Origin: an uncultured Nitrospiraceae bacterium
GTDB lineage: Bacteria > Nitrospirota > Nitrospiria > Nitrospirales > Nitrospiraceae
NCBI GenBank assembly: GCA_963730935.1
Contig: CAVSTP010000003.1
Location: forward strand, 608,001-672,000
Length of the DNA stretch: 64,000 nucleotides
Reading direction: 5' to 3'
Part shown: one piece after another, positions 53,151-64,000 of the stretch
Layout: every line of letters begins with the position of its first letter
How positions within the stretch are numbered: position 1 is the stretch's first letter
Made by a program: the position numbers and the translations under genes
The notes under the pieces: generated by a model
Database searches by the model: none
What the model saw: the letters and a program-made list of their open reading frames with translations, nothing else
What the model was told of the DNA's origin: nothing

Positions 53151-55958
53151 ATGCCTACACGAGCGACAGGAAGGGAGCAGGCCACGAAGGGGAAGCAGAC
53201 GTACCTGACCGTCGAGCATGAACGGTTGTCCACCGATGGACAGGCATGGAAACGCTGGGGCCCCTACCTGAGCGAGCGTCAGTGGGGAACGGTCCGGGAG
53301 GACTACAGCGAAGGCGGGGACGCCTGGAATTATTTTACCCACGACCACGCCCGCTCGCGCGCCTACCGCTGGGGCGAAGACGGCCTCGCCGGTTTGTCCG
53401 ACGAAGAGCAGCGACTGTGCTTTGCCCTGGCCCTCTGGAACGGCAGGGACCCCATTCTCAAGGAACGCCTCTTCGGCTTGACCAACAGCGAAGGCAACCA
53501 CGGAGAGGATGTCAAAGAATACTACTTCTACCTCGACAGCACGCCAACGCACTCCTACATGAAGTTTCTCTACAAGTATCCTCAGGCCGCCTATCCCTAT
53601 GATGAGCTGGTCCACACGAATAGGCAGCGGAGCCGGGAGATACCGGAATACGAATTGCTCGATACCGGGGTCTTCAACGACGACCGCTACTTCGACGTCT
53701 TCGTCGAATATGCGAAGGCTGGACCAGATGATGTTCTCATTCAGATCACGGCAGCGAACCGGGGGCCGGAGGCGGCTGATCTTCACATCTTCCCGACGTT
53801 GTGGTTCCGGAACAATTGGGCTTCTTGGCAATCCAGGCCTGTCGAGAAACCGTCATTGAAACAGGTGAAGGGACCCAGAGGGACCAAGATCGTAGCGGCC
53901 ACCCATCCAACTTTGGGCGAATACCTGCTGTACTGCGAGGGGGAAGCGCCGCTGCTCTTTACCGACAACGAAACCAACAACGAACGGCTCTTTCCTGAAT
54001 ATCCCAACGCCAGTCCCTATGTGAAAGACGGCATCAATAATTACGTCGTCCAAGGTCAACAGCATGCCATCAATCCCGACCAAACCGGCACGAAGGTCTC
54101 GGCGCACTACCGGTTCAAGATTGCCCCCGGCGGGACCGCGACGGCGAAACTGCGTTTGGTTCGGCAGAACGTGCCGGCGGCCAAAGGCGCCAATCCCACA
54201 AAGGCAGCAGAAAAAACGAAGGTGGCCTCCCCATTCGGCCAAGGCTTTAATGACATCATGCAAGATCGGTTGCGGGAAGCCGATGAGTTCTACCGCGCGG
54301 TGACCCCTCCTTCGGTCACGCCCGATGAGGCGAACGTCATGCGGCAGGCCTTGGCCGGCATGCTCTGGAGCAAGCAGTTCTACTATCTCGATGCCGATCA
54401 GTGGTTGGAAGAACATTTTGCGCATCCTCTTCACAGCGGAAGCCGAGAGTTTCGAAACCGCGAGTGGTTTCACATGGTCAACCGCGACATCATTTCGATG
54501 CCGGACAAATGGGAATATCCCTGGTATGCCGCCTGGGATTTGGCGTTTCATACGCTGCCGATTTCGATTGTGGATCCCGAGTTCGCGAAGCACCAGATGA
54601 AATTAATGTTTCACGGGTATTACCTCCATCCGAGCGGCCAGATTCCGGCCTATGAGTGGAACTTCAGCGACGTGAATCCGCCTGTGCACGCCTGGGCCAC
54701 CCTGTTTCTGCACCGGACCGAGCAGGCCCTGCGCGGCGAGGGGGACATTGATTTTCTCAAGTCGGCCTTCAACAAGCTCCTGCTCAACTTCACCTGGTGG
54801 GTGAATCGGAAAGATCGTTTCGGCAAGAACGTCTTCGAGGGCGGCTTTTTAGGTCTCGACAACATCGGTGTGTTCGACCGAAGCGCTCCCTTGCCGACGG
54901 GCGGTCACCTCGAACAGGCAGACGGCACCGCGTGGATGGCCTTGTTCAGTCAGAACATGCTCGAAATCGCGGTAGAAATTGCCCCTCATGACCGCACATA
55001 CGCCGACATGGTCGAAAAATTCGTCGAGCATTTTCTCTACATTGCTGCGGCCATGAATGGGTCCGGCTCCGACGGCATGTGGGACGAAGAAGATGGGTTT
55101 TACTACGATCTCCTGCGATTGCCCGATGGACACTCCACCAGACTGAAAGTCCGCTCCATGGTGGGTCTGCTGCCGCTTTGCGCGACCACCGTCGTTGAAG
55201 ACTGGCAGCGAGAGCGGGTGCCCGAGGTGGCCGCCACGCTTCAGCAGCGTATGGAACAGATGCCTGAACTCCTGACGTTCATCCACAAGACAGGGCGGGC
55301 GCACCGTGGAGTGGCCGACCGCGGCATTCTGGCGCTGGTCAATGAAGAGCGGTTACGTCGCATTCTCTCGAAGATGCTGGACGAGAACGAGTTTCTGAGC
55401 CCCTACGGCATTCGCTCGCTCTCCAAGTTTCATCAACAGCATCCGTTCGTATTTCATGTCGGGGGGCAGGTCTACCGAGTGGACTACCTTCCGGCCGAAT
55501 CCAACACGGGGATGTTCGGCGGCAACTCCAACTGGCGTGGGCCCGTTTGGATGCCAGTGAATGCCATGATCATCCGGGCGCTGCTGTCGTACTACCTCTA
55601 TTATGGTGACAACTTCAAAATCGAATGCCCCACTGGGTCCGGCCGGATGATGAACCTGTTCGAGGTCAGCAAGGAAATTGCCAACCGCCTTACGGGAATT
55701 TTTCTGCGGGACGCACAAGGCAAGCGTGCGGTGTACGGTGGAACGGAAACATTCCAGTCCGATCCGCATTGGCGCGATTATCTTCAGTTCTACGAGTACT
55801 TCCACGGGGACAACGGCGCCGGGCTGGGCGCCAACCATCAGACCGGCTGGACGGGTTTGGTCGCGAAGATGATCGAACTCTACGGCCGACTGGATCCACA
55901 AATGCTGCTCAAGGAAGGAAAACGCGGCGCGCATGCAGGAGGAAAAACGGGAAAGTGA
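53151..55958 (+). CDS. MGH1-like / GH63 glycoside hydrolase (paralog 2)
   Basis: Same motifs as 31941..34730, with long identical peptide stretches. Confidence 0.88.
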   Translation: MPTRATGREQATKGKQTYLTVEHERLSTDGQAWKRWGPYLSERQWGTVREDYSEGGDAWNYFTHDHARSRAYRWGEDGLAGLSDEEQRLCFALALWNGRDPILKERLFGLTNSEGNHGEDVKEYYFYLDSTPTHSYMKFLYKYPQAAYPYDELVHTNRQRSREIPEYELLDTGVFNDDRYFDVFVEYAKAGPDDVLIQITAANRGPEAADLHIFPTLWFRNNWASWQSRPVEKPSLKQVKGPRGTKIVAATHPTLGEYLLYCEGEAPLLFTDNETNNERLFPEYPNASPYVKDGINNYVVQGQQHAINPDQTGTKVSAHYRFKIAPGGTATAKLRLVRQNVPAAKGANPTKAAEKTKVASPFGQGFNDIMQDRLREADEFYRAVTPPSVTPDEANVMRQALAGMLWSKQFYYLDADQWLEEHFAHPLHSGSREFRNREWFHMVNRDIISMPDKWEYPWYAAWDLAFHTLPISIVDPEFAKHQMKLMFHGYYLHPSGQIPAYEWNFSDVNPPVHAWATLFLHRTEQALRGEGDIDFLKSAFNKLLLNFTWWVNRKDRFGKNVFEGGFLGLDNIGVFDRSAPLPTGGHLEQADGTAWMALFSQNMLEIAVEIAPHDRTYADMVEKFVEHFLYIAAAMNGSGSDGMWDEEDGFYYDLLRLPDGHSTRLKVRSMVGLLPLCATTVVEDWQRERVPEVAATLQQRMEQMPELLTFIHKTGRAHRGVADRGILALVNEERLRRILSKMLDENEFLSPYGIRSLSKFHQQHPFVFHVGGQVYRVDYLPAESNTGMFGGNSNWRGPVWMPVNAMIIRALLSYYLYYGDNFKIECPTGSGRMMNLFEVSKEIANRLTGIFLRDAQGKRAVYGGTETFQSDPHWRDYLQFYEYFHGDNGAGLGANHQTGWTGLVAKMIELYGRLDPQMLLKEGKRGAHAGGKTGK

Positions 55959-57302
55959 AAGAGCGATCACGCCGACGAGGGTGGATGCTCGACCACTGCG
56001 TGCACTTGTGGGCCGTCGCCATGCTCATCCTGACGGGTTGCGTGTTTCAGGAGGTGCGCACGCAACAGTCCAAGATGGAGACGTTTTGCCGAATAGACGG
56101 CTCCGTGAGCGCTCGGCAGGAGACACCGAGCCCGCTGCTGGTTGGTTTAGTGCGGCACAACGGCGGCGTCTTGGAGGATCAGGCGAATTGGAGCCTGATC
56201 GACCACTTTGTGTTGGAGTCGCCAGGGCGTTGGATGTTCCGCGCCGGCCCCGGCACGTACGGGCTTGTCGCCTTCAAGGATGTGAATGCCGACGGCGTGT
56301 ATCAACCAGGTGAACCGTTCCTGCCCGTCGACGCGAGCCAACTGGTGACCTGCGACAGCAGTCACCCCCACACCGAACTGGCGCTCCTCATCCCGGCGGA
56401 AGGTCGTTCGCGGGTTGAAGGAGAGATCGATTTCTTGAAGTTCCAGGCTCGTTCCGCGAGCGCCCAACTCCAACAGACCCTCGGAGCCGCGACCGCGTAT
56501 GGTGTGGTGACAACGCTCGAATGATCCGCGCTTCAGTGAGGAACATGCGACCAAAAGCCTGTGGCGACCGTATGACTTTATTTTCGATGTCGGCCCCGGC
56601 GTCTATTTCCTCGAGCCTTACGATGCCCGAAAGATTCCCGTGCTGTTCGTCCACGGCATTAATGGCACGCCAATAAACTTTCGTTTTCTCATCGAGCATC
56701 TCGACCGGACGAAGTATCAGCCCTGGCTGTACTATTACCCATCCGGAGTCCGTCTTGCCGGCCTGGCCGACCATCTCGACCAGACGATGAAGACATTGCA
56801 ACTCGAGCACGGCTTCACCCAGTACCACGTCATCGCCCACAGCATGGGTGGGCTGGTGTCGCGCGGGTTCCTCTTGAGAAATCAGTCGGGCGGAAGTCGT
56901 GCGCGCGTCCCGCTCTACATCACAATCTCCACGCCGTGGGCTGGGCATAAGGCTGCACAGGCGGGAGTCGATTATGCGCCGGCGGTGGTCTATGTCTGGA
57001 ACGACATGGTTCCCCGCAGTGCCTATCTTACCGATCTGTTCTTCACGGAGAGTGACGGCGAGCCAGTCCATCGACGGTTGCCGGATGGCGTCAAGCATCA
57101 TCTGCTATTTGGTTTCAAGCATCGCGGAAACGGCATCGGGGAAAGTTCTGACGGCACGGTCACTCTGGCGAGTCAACTGTATTCGGGTGCACAGGAGGAC
57201 GCCAGCCGGCTCTACGGTTTCGACGAGACACATATGAGCATCCTGGGCAGCATGGAAACCTCCCGATTAGTCAATCGTCTACTCAATGATGCGTCGCCTT
57301 GA
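55955..57302 (+). CDS. Alpha/beta-hydrolase lipoprotein (frameshift near 56518)
   Basis: Lipobox LTGC in the first frame; VLFVHGING, nucleophile AHSMGG, SDGTV, ETHMSIL in the second. Confidence 0.75.
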
Positions 57303-57352
57303 GAAAAAGAGGCTTGAAGATCACTCAGACCTCGCTACCAGTACACGAGAAA

Positions 57353-58349
57353 ATGACTATCAGACTCTGGTCTATAGTCGCCTTGGTTCTCAGTACTGCG
57401 GCGAGTCCGGTCACTTGCCGAGACGATGATCGAGGGCCGTGGCAATGTGTTCTATACGGATGATGTGGGCATCTTCTCAGCCACCCGGCGGCTGACCCGC
57501 GACGGCGACCCGACCCAGCCTGCCCTCGATACCAACCTTACCAACAAGGGATCCGATGTAGTGTTCGAGCCGGATGCCAAACTAGCGACCACGTTTGACA
57601 ATCGGTTTGGGAAGACCGAGTTGAACGTACGCGGGCAAGGCTTCATCTATGCGGACAACCCGCGTTTCAATCATGGAACCATGAGGGTTGAGGCCATCCA
57701 GGCCTTCGCGCCAGCCACACGTGTCCGGCTTCGGTACTACTATGCGCCGAACCTGTTTCTTGGCGAAAATGAAGACAGGCAACCAGGTGCAGAGGGGTTG
57801 GTGGATGAGACCGTCACCAGCCATATCTGGTCCGCGCGGGTGGAGCAGCGCCTGACGCAGACCGTAGAAGTGCGCCTCATGACGAGATATGGGATTCGCC
57901 GCTACAACGATGCGTTTGCCCAGCGGGACGTGGATTTCTGGACCATCGGTCCCCATCTCGAATGGCGTGTCTCCAAGCGGCTCACGCTAGGCCTGAGCTA
58001 CCATTATGAGCGCGGCCTCGCCGAGGGCCGGAACCAACCTCAGCTCAGGGACGACGTCTCGTATATTAATAATTACGTAAGCGCCGATGTGGACGCCGAG
58101 CTCATGGAGCGATTGTCGTTGTCGTTGGCCTTCCATTATGAACGAAACAATTGGACGAGCGGGATTCTTGGAGATGAGCGCAGGGGCGCCCACGAGGACG
58201 TCATTCAGGGGGACGTCGTGCTGATCCGCGAGTTAACGGATACGCTGCGCGTGTATGTGGGATTCCAAAGATCGAGTCGCAAACAGAGCTTCGAAGCAGA
58301 AGCCATCAAGAATACGAATGTCGGCATCGGAATTGGTAATCTCTTCTAA
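57353..58349 (+). CDS. Putative outer-membrane beta-barrel protein (frameshift near 57415)
   Basis: Signal peptide from ATG 57353 shifts into ORF 57426; amphipathic strands; C-terminal Phe. Confidence 0.65.
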
Positions 58350-58358
58350 CTCCCTGCT

Positions 58359-58934
58359 TCACATGCCGAGCATGCCCTTCTTCAGATCCTCTGTGGGTGG
58401 CTTCGGCCCCAGGAAGATTGAGAAGACAGCATCGCTGAAGCCCTTCCCTCCGAAGGCGCCCAGCTCCTTGTTCCCGACCTGTAGCATTGTGCCCTTTCCT
58501 GGCAGGTAGGTAAACGTCACCGTGTCGCCTTCCTTCACGTCGGGGATGAGCGCGAGCATCTTATCGAACGCAGCCTTCTGTCCGGTCTTGTCTTTCGCGT
58601 TCCCCTCGAAGCCAGATTGGAGGGCCTCCACGAGCTGCGCCTTGGTCAGGTCGCGCAGGAAATGCATGCGGATGGCCTTCGCCTGGTCGGCCGCCAGGAT
58701 CGCGCCTGCGTCCTTCGAGGGCGATTCGAGGTAGAGCCCCCCTACGTAGACCTTGAACACGGACTTTTTCCTGAGGCCCAAACCGTTCAGCTTCAGTGTC
58801 AAATCGCCGGACTTGAGCGTGTCAGGAAGCGTTGCGCCCGCCAGTTCGCCGGCCAGGGCGGTGTCGAGCATCGATACGGCCAAGATAAACGGGACAGCGG
58901 CGCGAAATAGTCTCGTCACGGTACAGCTTTTCAT
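58359..58934 (-). CDS. Periplasmic chalcone-isomerase-like protein
   Basis: Signal peptide; LKLNGLGLRKK..FKVYVGGLYL, IFLGPKP..EDLKKGMLG. Confidence 0.85.
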   Translation of the reverse strand: MKSCTVTRLFRAAVPFILAVSMLDTALAGELAGATLPDTLKSGDLTLKLNGLGLRKKSVFKVYVGGLYLESPSKDAGAILAADQAKAIRMHFLRDLTKAQLVEALQSGFEGNAKDKTGQKAAFDKMLALIPDVKEGDTVTFTYLPGKGTMLQVGNKELGAFGGKGFSDAVFSIFLGPKPPTEDLKKGMLGM

Positions 58935-59273
58935 GGTTCTGCTCTCCTTAATGTGATGTTTGCCTTGGAGGCCCCTTCCAGTGGTGTAAAAGCGAAACCT
59001 TGCCCTCACTCACTTTCCCGTAAAAGCTGTCAGTAGGAAAGGAAACCCTTGAAGAATGTCTGGGCGGGGTTCCGGTGCCTAGAATTCATAAGGCAGGCAC
59101 GCTAACAAGAAATGTCGTGAAATGGCAATCACACCCAACGGCTTCATGTATTGGTCTACGCCAATGGGAAAATACGGCAAGATTAGTTAAAACCGGGCGA
59201 TGCGGTGCGCCAGCACGATATCTTCCTCAGAACTCCTTCTTAGGGTAGCCGGCCGATCCGCTTACGGGACCCA

Positions 59274-59289
59274 CTGTTACTTCTGACAG
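59274..59289. promoter_or_regulatory. Regulon palindrome site 6
   Basis: (A)CTGTTA-CTTC-TGACAG(T) in the divergent intergenic region; the -10 assignment is less clear. Confidence 0.6.
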
Positions 59290-59417
59290 TACACACAAAC
59301 CTACTATTGTGGGAAAAGGTGCCCACAATAGGGAGAAGAGACATGACGAAACTGTTGAAAAGTTGGTGCACGTGGCTGGTGCTCTTGTTGTCATCGACAT
59401 ATCACAGTGAGGATTGT

Positions 59418-60878
59418 ATGGCGCCTCGAAACCGGTTCTTAATCAACGTTGATGCACCACACAGGGTAACAGCCCGGGTCGCCGTCGGGATGCTCCTGTC
59501 AATGCTAGTCCGGATGCGTGAGTTCTCCAGTCCATACACTTCCCCCGCCAAAGCCGGACCAGGCATCCTGCACCCATCCGATGAAACCGAGTGACACGCT
59601 GATCGGGATCGCCATATCGGGCGGGGGGAGTCGAGCGGCATTGTTCGGAGCGGCCGGCCTCGAAGCGTTGGCGAAGGTGCAAGTGGGACAACCTGCACAT
59701 TCTCTGTTGGAAGATGTCTCGCTGATCTCCAGCGTGTCTGGCGGCAGCATGGCGACGTCGTACTTTGCCTCTGTGAAACCTCAAAAGGACGTGCCGATCT
59801 TGACCTCGTCAGGTGAACTCAGCGCGGAATACGAGGCTTTTTTTGCACAGTACAAAAAAACCATGAACCAGGATTATGAGGATCCCCTCTTTTGGCGGAA
59901 CATGACGCGCTTGCGCTGGTTCAATCCGGCCTGGACGGCCAAGTCCCTCACTGAACATCTTAATAATCAGTTCTTGAACGGCCTGACATTTAAAAGTGTT
60001 CGAGAGCGGGAATTGAGCGGCGATATTCCTAGACTTCTTATCAATACCACCTTGTACAACGATGGGCGTCGTTTCGTGATCACGACGTTGCCGTCTTGAG
60101 CAGACCCAATACGACTTATTGAAAGATGTGAGTCGATCGGTCGGTACCGTCTCGATCGAAGGAATCCGTCGAATTGATGAAAGTCAAATGGGCATCGCTG
60201 CAGTCCGTGACTCCTGAAGCGCTGAACCTCGACCTGTGCCCCATTCAATTAGCCGGGGCAGTTGCGGCATCCATGTCGTTCCCTCCGGTGATCGGCCCCA
60301 TTACCTTCAAGGTTGAGGGAGAGGATCGGTACTTCCATGCAGGGGACGGGGGATTGTCCGACAATATGGGCCTGGAATCGTTGGCGACGGTTGCGTTCAA
60401 CGCGCTTCAGAAGAATGCGGCCCGTCGGGTCCTCATCATCGCGTTCGACAGTTCGTTCCCCTTCCAGATAGGGTCAGATCGACTGGATCATTTTCCGGAG
60501 GGATTTACATTATTTAATTACGACTATGGCCGCATCCCGGGAATCATGGAAGAACGGGCGTTAGCGTACCGCATACTCTATTTTCGAACGATGACGGAGC
60601 AAGGCGTGATGCCAGACGAGAGTCGATTGAAATTCCTTCAACTGAGACACATTGACGCGGTGTGGAAGGACGATCTGAGTGATCTCCCAGAATCATGCAA
60701 GAAGGAGAAGGTGAAGTTGGCAAACCCAGTGATGGTCACAAAGCGTCTCGCGAGCGTCGTGACCAGGCTCTGGCTCGAATCCGATTGCGATCGTGATTTG
60801 GTGGCCATGGCAGCGGTGAAGCTGGTGGAAGCGAAAAAGGATGTGATCCTGAAATTCTTGCAGGAGCCGCGACCATAG
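59418..60878 (+). CDS. Patatin-like phospholipase lipoprotein (frameshifts near 59510 and 60097-60175)
   Basis: ISGGGSRAA, SSVSGGS, ASMSFPP, GDGGLSDN across frames; LVGC lipobox after 1-bp correction. Confidence 0.75.
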
Positions 60879-61054
60879 CAACATTTGCCATCGTTTGTTC
60901 CGATCCGGCACTACATGTTCGGTGCCCAATACCCAAGATGTGGGGCTGTGTAATGAAAAACATCATGTGGTGGGGTTGGACAATAGGAGGATGAGCTAGC
61001 GGCTGAACGACTGGAACGAAATAATTCTGCAGCCAGTACAAGGGAGGAGAGAAC

Positions 61055-63482
61055 ATGCGAAAACATGTCATCCCGGCGACATTGAGTGCGCGCTCAACTG
61101 TAATTGGCTACGGCCGTTGTCGCCATCGATGGAGTTGCAGACAAGGCCGCCGACATCCCCACCCAACTGTCTGGGGAAATAGATCGAACGGTGCTTCCGA
61201 TCCCAGAACCAGACTATCCGCTCGCCACTGAACTCGACGCGCGTGATGCCACGGCGCCGCCAAGGTTCGAGGTGAAGCCGCCCAAGGGCGCGCCGAACGT
61301 CATCGTCTTCCTAATCGACGATATCGGATTCGGACATGCCAGCACGTTCGGCGGCGCCATTCCCATGCCGACGCTCGATCGTCTCGCGCGCCAGGGACTC
61401 AAGTACAACCGCTTCCACACCACGGCCCTCTGCTCGCCCACACGCGTGGCCCTCCTGACCGGTCGCAACCATCATATGAACAACGCGGGCGCGATCATGG
61501 AAGTGGCGACGGCATTCCCCGGTAATACCGGCGCGCGCCCACTCAGCGTCACGCCGCTGGCGGAGATCTTGCGCCAGAACGGCTATAGCACGGCCGCGTT
61601 CGGGAAATATCACGAAACTGCCCCATGGGAAGTGAGTGTGTCTGGACCGTTCGATCGATGGCCGACGCATTCAGGATTCGACAAGTTCTACGGCTTCATC
61701 GGCGGCGAAACCAACCAGTGGGCACCCCTCATCTTCGATGGCACGATTAAGGTCGAGCCGCCGCACGATCCAAAGTACCACTTCACGACCGATATGACGA
61801 ACCAGGCGATCCAATGGATCCGTAGTCAGCAGTCACTGACGCCGGACAAGCCCTTCTTCACCTATTTCGCCACCGGCGCCACCCACGCCCCGCATCACGT
61901 GCCCAAAGACTGGATCGCCAAGTTTAAGGGCAAGTTCGACGGAGGCTGGGATAAGTACCGCGAGGAGACCTTCGCCCGGCAAAAGCAGATGGGGATCATT
62001 CCTCAGGAGGCGAAGCTTGCGTCGAAACCTGAGGCGATCAAGGATTGGGACAAGCTGACGGCCGACGAGAAAAGGCTGTTCGCGCGGCAAATGGAGGTGT
62101 TCGCGGCGTTCGCGGCGCACACCGACCATGAGATCGGCCGGGTCGTGAAGGCCGTCGAGGACATGGGCAAGCTCGACAACACGCTGATCCTCTACCTCGT
62201 GGGCGACAATGGCTCCAGCGCCGAAGGCGGCATGGTCGGCATGTACAACGAGATGACGTACTTCAACGGGGTCGCCGAAAAGGTGCCTGACATGCTCAAG
62301 AACATCGACAAGTGGGGCGGGCCTGAGACCTTCCCGCACATGGCGGCCGGTTGGGCGGTGGCCGGCAACACGCCGTTCATGTGGACGAAGCAGGTCGCTG
62401 CCAACTTCGGAGGCTCCCGCAATCCGCTGGTGATTAGCTGGCCGGCACGCATCAAGGCCAAGGGCGAAATGCGCAGCCAATTCCAGCATGTGGTGGATAT
62501 CGCGCCGACCGTGCTCGAGGCCGCCGGCATTCCCGAGCCGAAGACGGTCAATGGCATTGAGCAGACCCCGATGGAAGGCGTCAGCATGGTGTACACCTTC
62601 GACGATGCCAAGGCCGCGGGCCGGCACAAGACACAATACTTCGAGATTTTCGGTAACCGCGCCATCTACCACGAAGGCTGGGTGGCGGCGACCGTGCATA
62701 AGGCTCCGTGGGAAGCGGCGCCAAGACACAAGCTCGCTGAGGACATGTGGGAGCTTTACAACGTGGACGAGGACTTCAGCGAGACGAACGACCTCGCGGC
62801 GAGCAATCCAGACAAGCTAAAGGAGCTGCAGGCGCTCTTCATGAAGGAAGCCGAGCGCTACCGCGTGCTGCCAATTGACGACCGAGTGATCGAACGGTTC
62901 GACCCCGCCATGGCGGGCCGTCCGGACCTCATGGCCGGCCGAAAGTCCTTGACGGTCTATGCGGGCATGACCGGCATGATGGAGAACGCCTTCATCAACG
63001 TGAAAAACCAATCGAAGACCATCACCGCCGACGTCGAGGTTGCTTCCAACGCCAATGGCGTCATCCTCTGCCAGGGCGGACGCTTCGGCGGGTGGAGCCT
63101 GTACGTGGTGAACGGCAAGCCGGCGTACACCTACAACCATGTGGGTCTTCACCAGTACACGATCAAGTCTACCGAAGCGCTTGCGCCAGGCAAAGCGACC
63201 ATCAAGCTCGAGTTCGCCTACGACGGCGGACGCGGCAAAGGCGGAACGGCCACCCTCTTCATCAATGGCAAGAAGGTCGGGTCCGGGCGCGTGGAGCAGA
63301 CCAACGCCAACATCTTCTCGGCCGACGACGCCGCCGATGTGGGCGTGGACGAAGGGACCAACGTGAGCTCGGCGTACAAGCAACACGGGAACAAGTTCAC
63401 CGGCAAGATCGAGAAAGTTCGAATCGACACCAAAGTGACAGCGATCCGAATGGCTGGAATTCGCGGTACTGTCAAAGACTAG
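61055..63482 (+). CDS. Arylsulfatase (Cys-type, formylglycine-dependent) with C-terminal beta-sandwich; probable frameshift near the 5' end
   Basis: [43 protein letters not shown] before ATG 61055. Confidence 0.92.
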
Positions 63483-63551
63483 AAGGCTGGTGATTGCCTC
63501 GCTGCGTCAAGAGCCGGAGTTGGTACCTGCGTGATGCGTCTCAGCCTCAAG

Positions 63552-64000
63552 ATGTGCGCGTCTCACGCTGATCGTTCCTGGTGATCGTTGAGTCGTGGGC
63601 GTGCCCGGCCGCGCAGGCAGCCGAAGGCGCGAGCAGCAACTACACGCCAGGAACGTACGGCAACCTTGGCCGTGGCACATGCAGCCAAAGCCGGGCTCTT
63701 TCGGGGTGATCAACTATCTGGGCTATGTGTCGAGCAGTGTAGATAGAGCCGTGTTGAACAACAAGGCGGCGACCAATGTCGACAGTAAACAAGTGTTTGA
63801 CGCGCCGCTGGGCCTGTACACCTTTAAGACTCCGGTCCTGGGCGGTGCTCTGTTCTCTGTCGGTGGCTGGCTCGCCTTTCCCTGGGCGTCTTTGGATACG
63901 ACGCTCACCACCGCCGGCGGGTCGGCGCAGTCGAGCAAGACCAATTTCGGGATCGGCCAGTCGGGCCTGATCCCGGCCTACCTGTCCTGGAAACTGGGCG
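63552..64000 (+). CDS. SphA / MetA-pathway-type outer-membrane transporter (partial, multiply frameshifted)
   Basis: Pieced translation AEGASSNYTPGTYGNL...TPVLGG...FGIGQSGLIPAYLSWKLG; runs off the window. Confidence 0.5.

Noticed and set aside
60097..60099. In-frame TGA in the patatin gene as selenocysteine or readthrough
   Set aside because: The downstream coding part is in a different frame, so indels rather than recoding explain the break

Overview
Bacterial chromosomal window, GC-rich by eye and most consistent with a Nitrospira-like genome (an inference from gene order and protein style, not a database result). 1-20 kb is largely housekeeping or core: scpB, a large FN3/NHL-repeat protein, guaB, guaA, rluB, aspS, aroC, proteases, an OmpA/MotB protein, rluE and a Tat-exported molybdoenzyme. 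20.3-64 kb is an accessory block with periplasmic/lipoprotein stress-type genes (BON, LEA_2, 3x SYLF/Ysc84, 3x Spy-like, DUF4136), a soluble PAS histidine kinase with two NarL-type regulators, two GH63/MGH1-like glucosidases, an orphan ATP synthase gamma gene, a glycogen-to-acetate operon (class I aldolase, ackA, xfp, glgP, histidine phosphatase, pgi, glgX, ppk2) and hydrolases. The strongest unannotated signal is a 16-bp palindrome CTGTCA-N4-TGACAG found six times in intergenic DNA of this block, five times 24-25 nt from a -10-like hexamer. It points to an undescribed regulon linking envelope-stress genes to redox-neutral ATP generation from glycogen. Frameshifts cluster at 3-8.3 kb and 56.5-64 kb, including in essential genes, and are most likely assembly errors. 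No rRNA, tRNA, CRISPR array, integrase or transposase was recognised.
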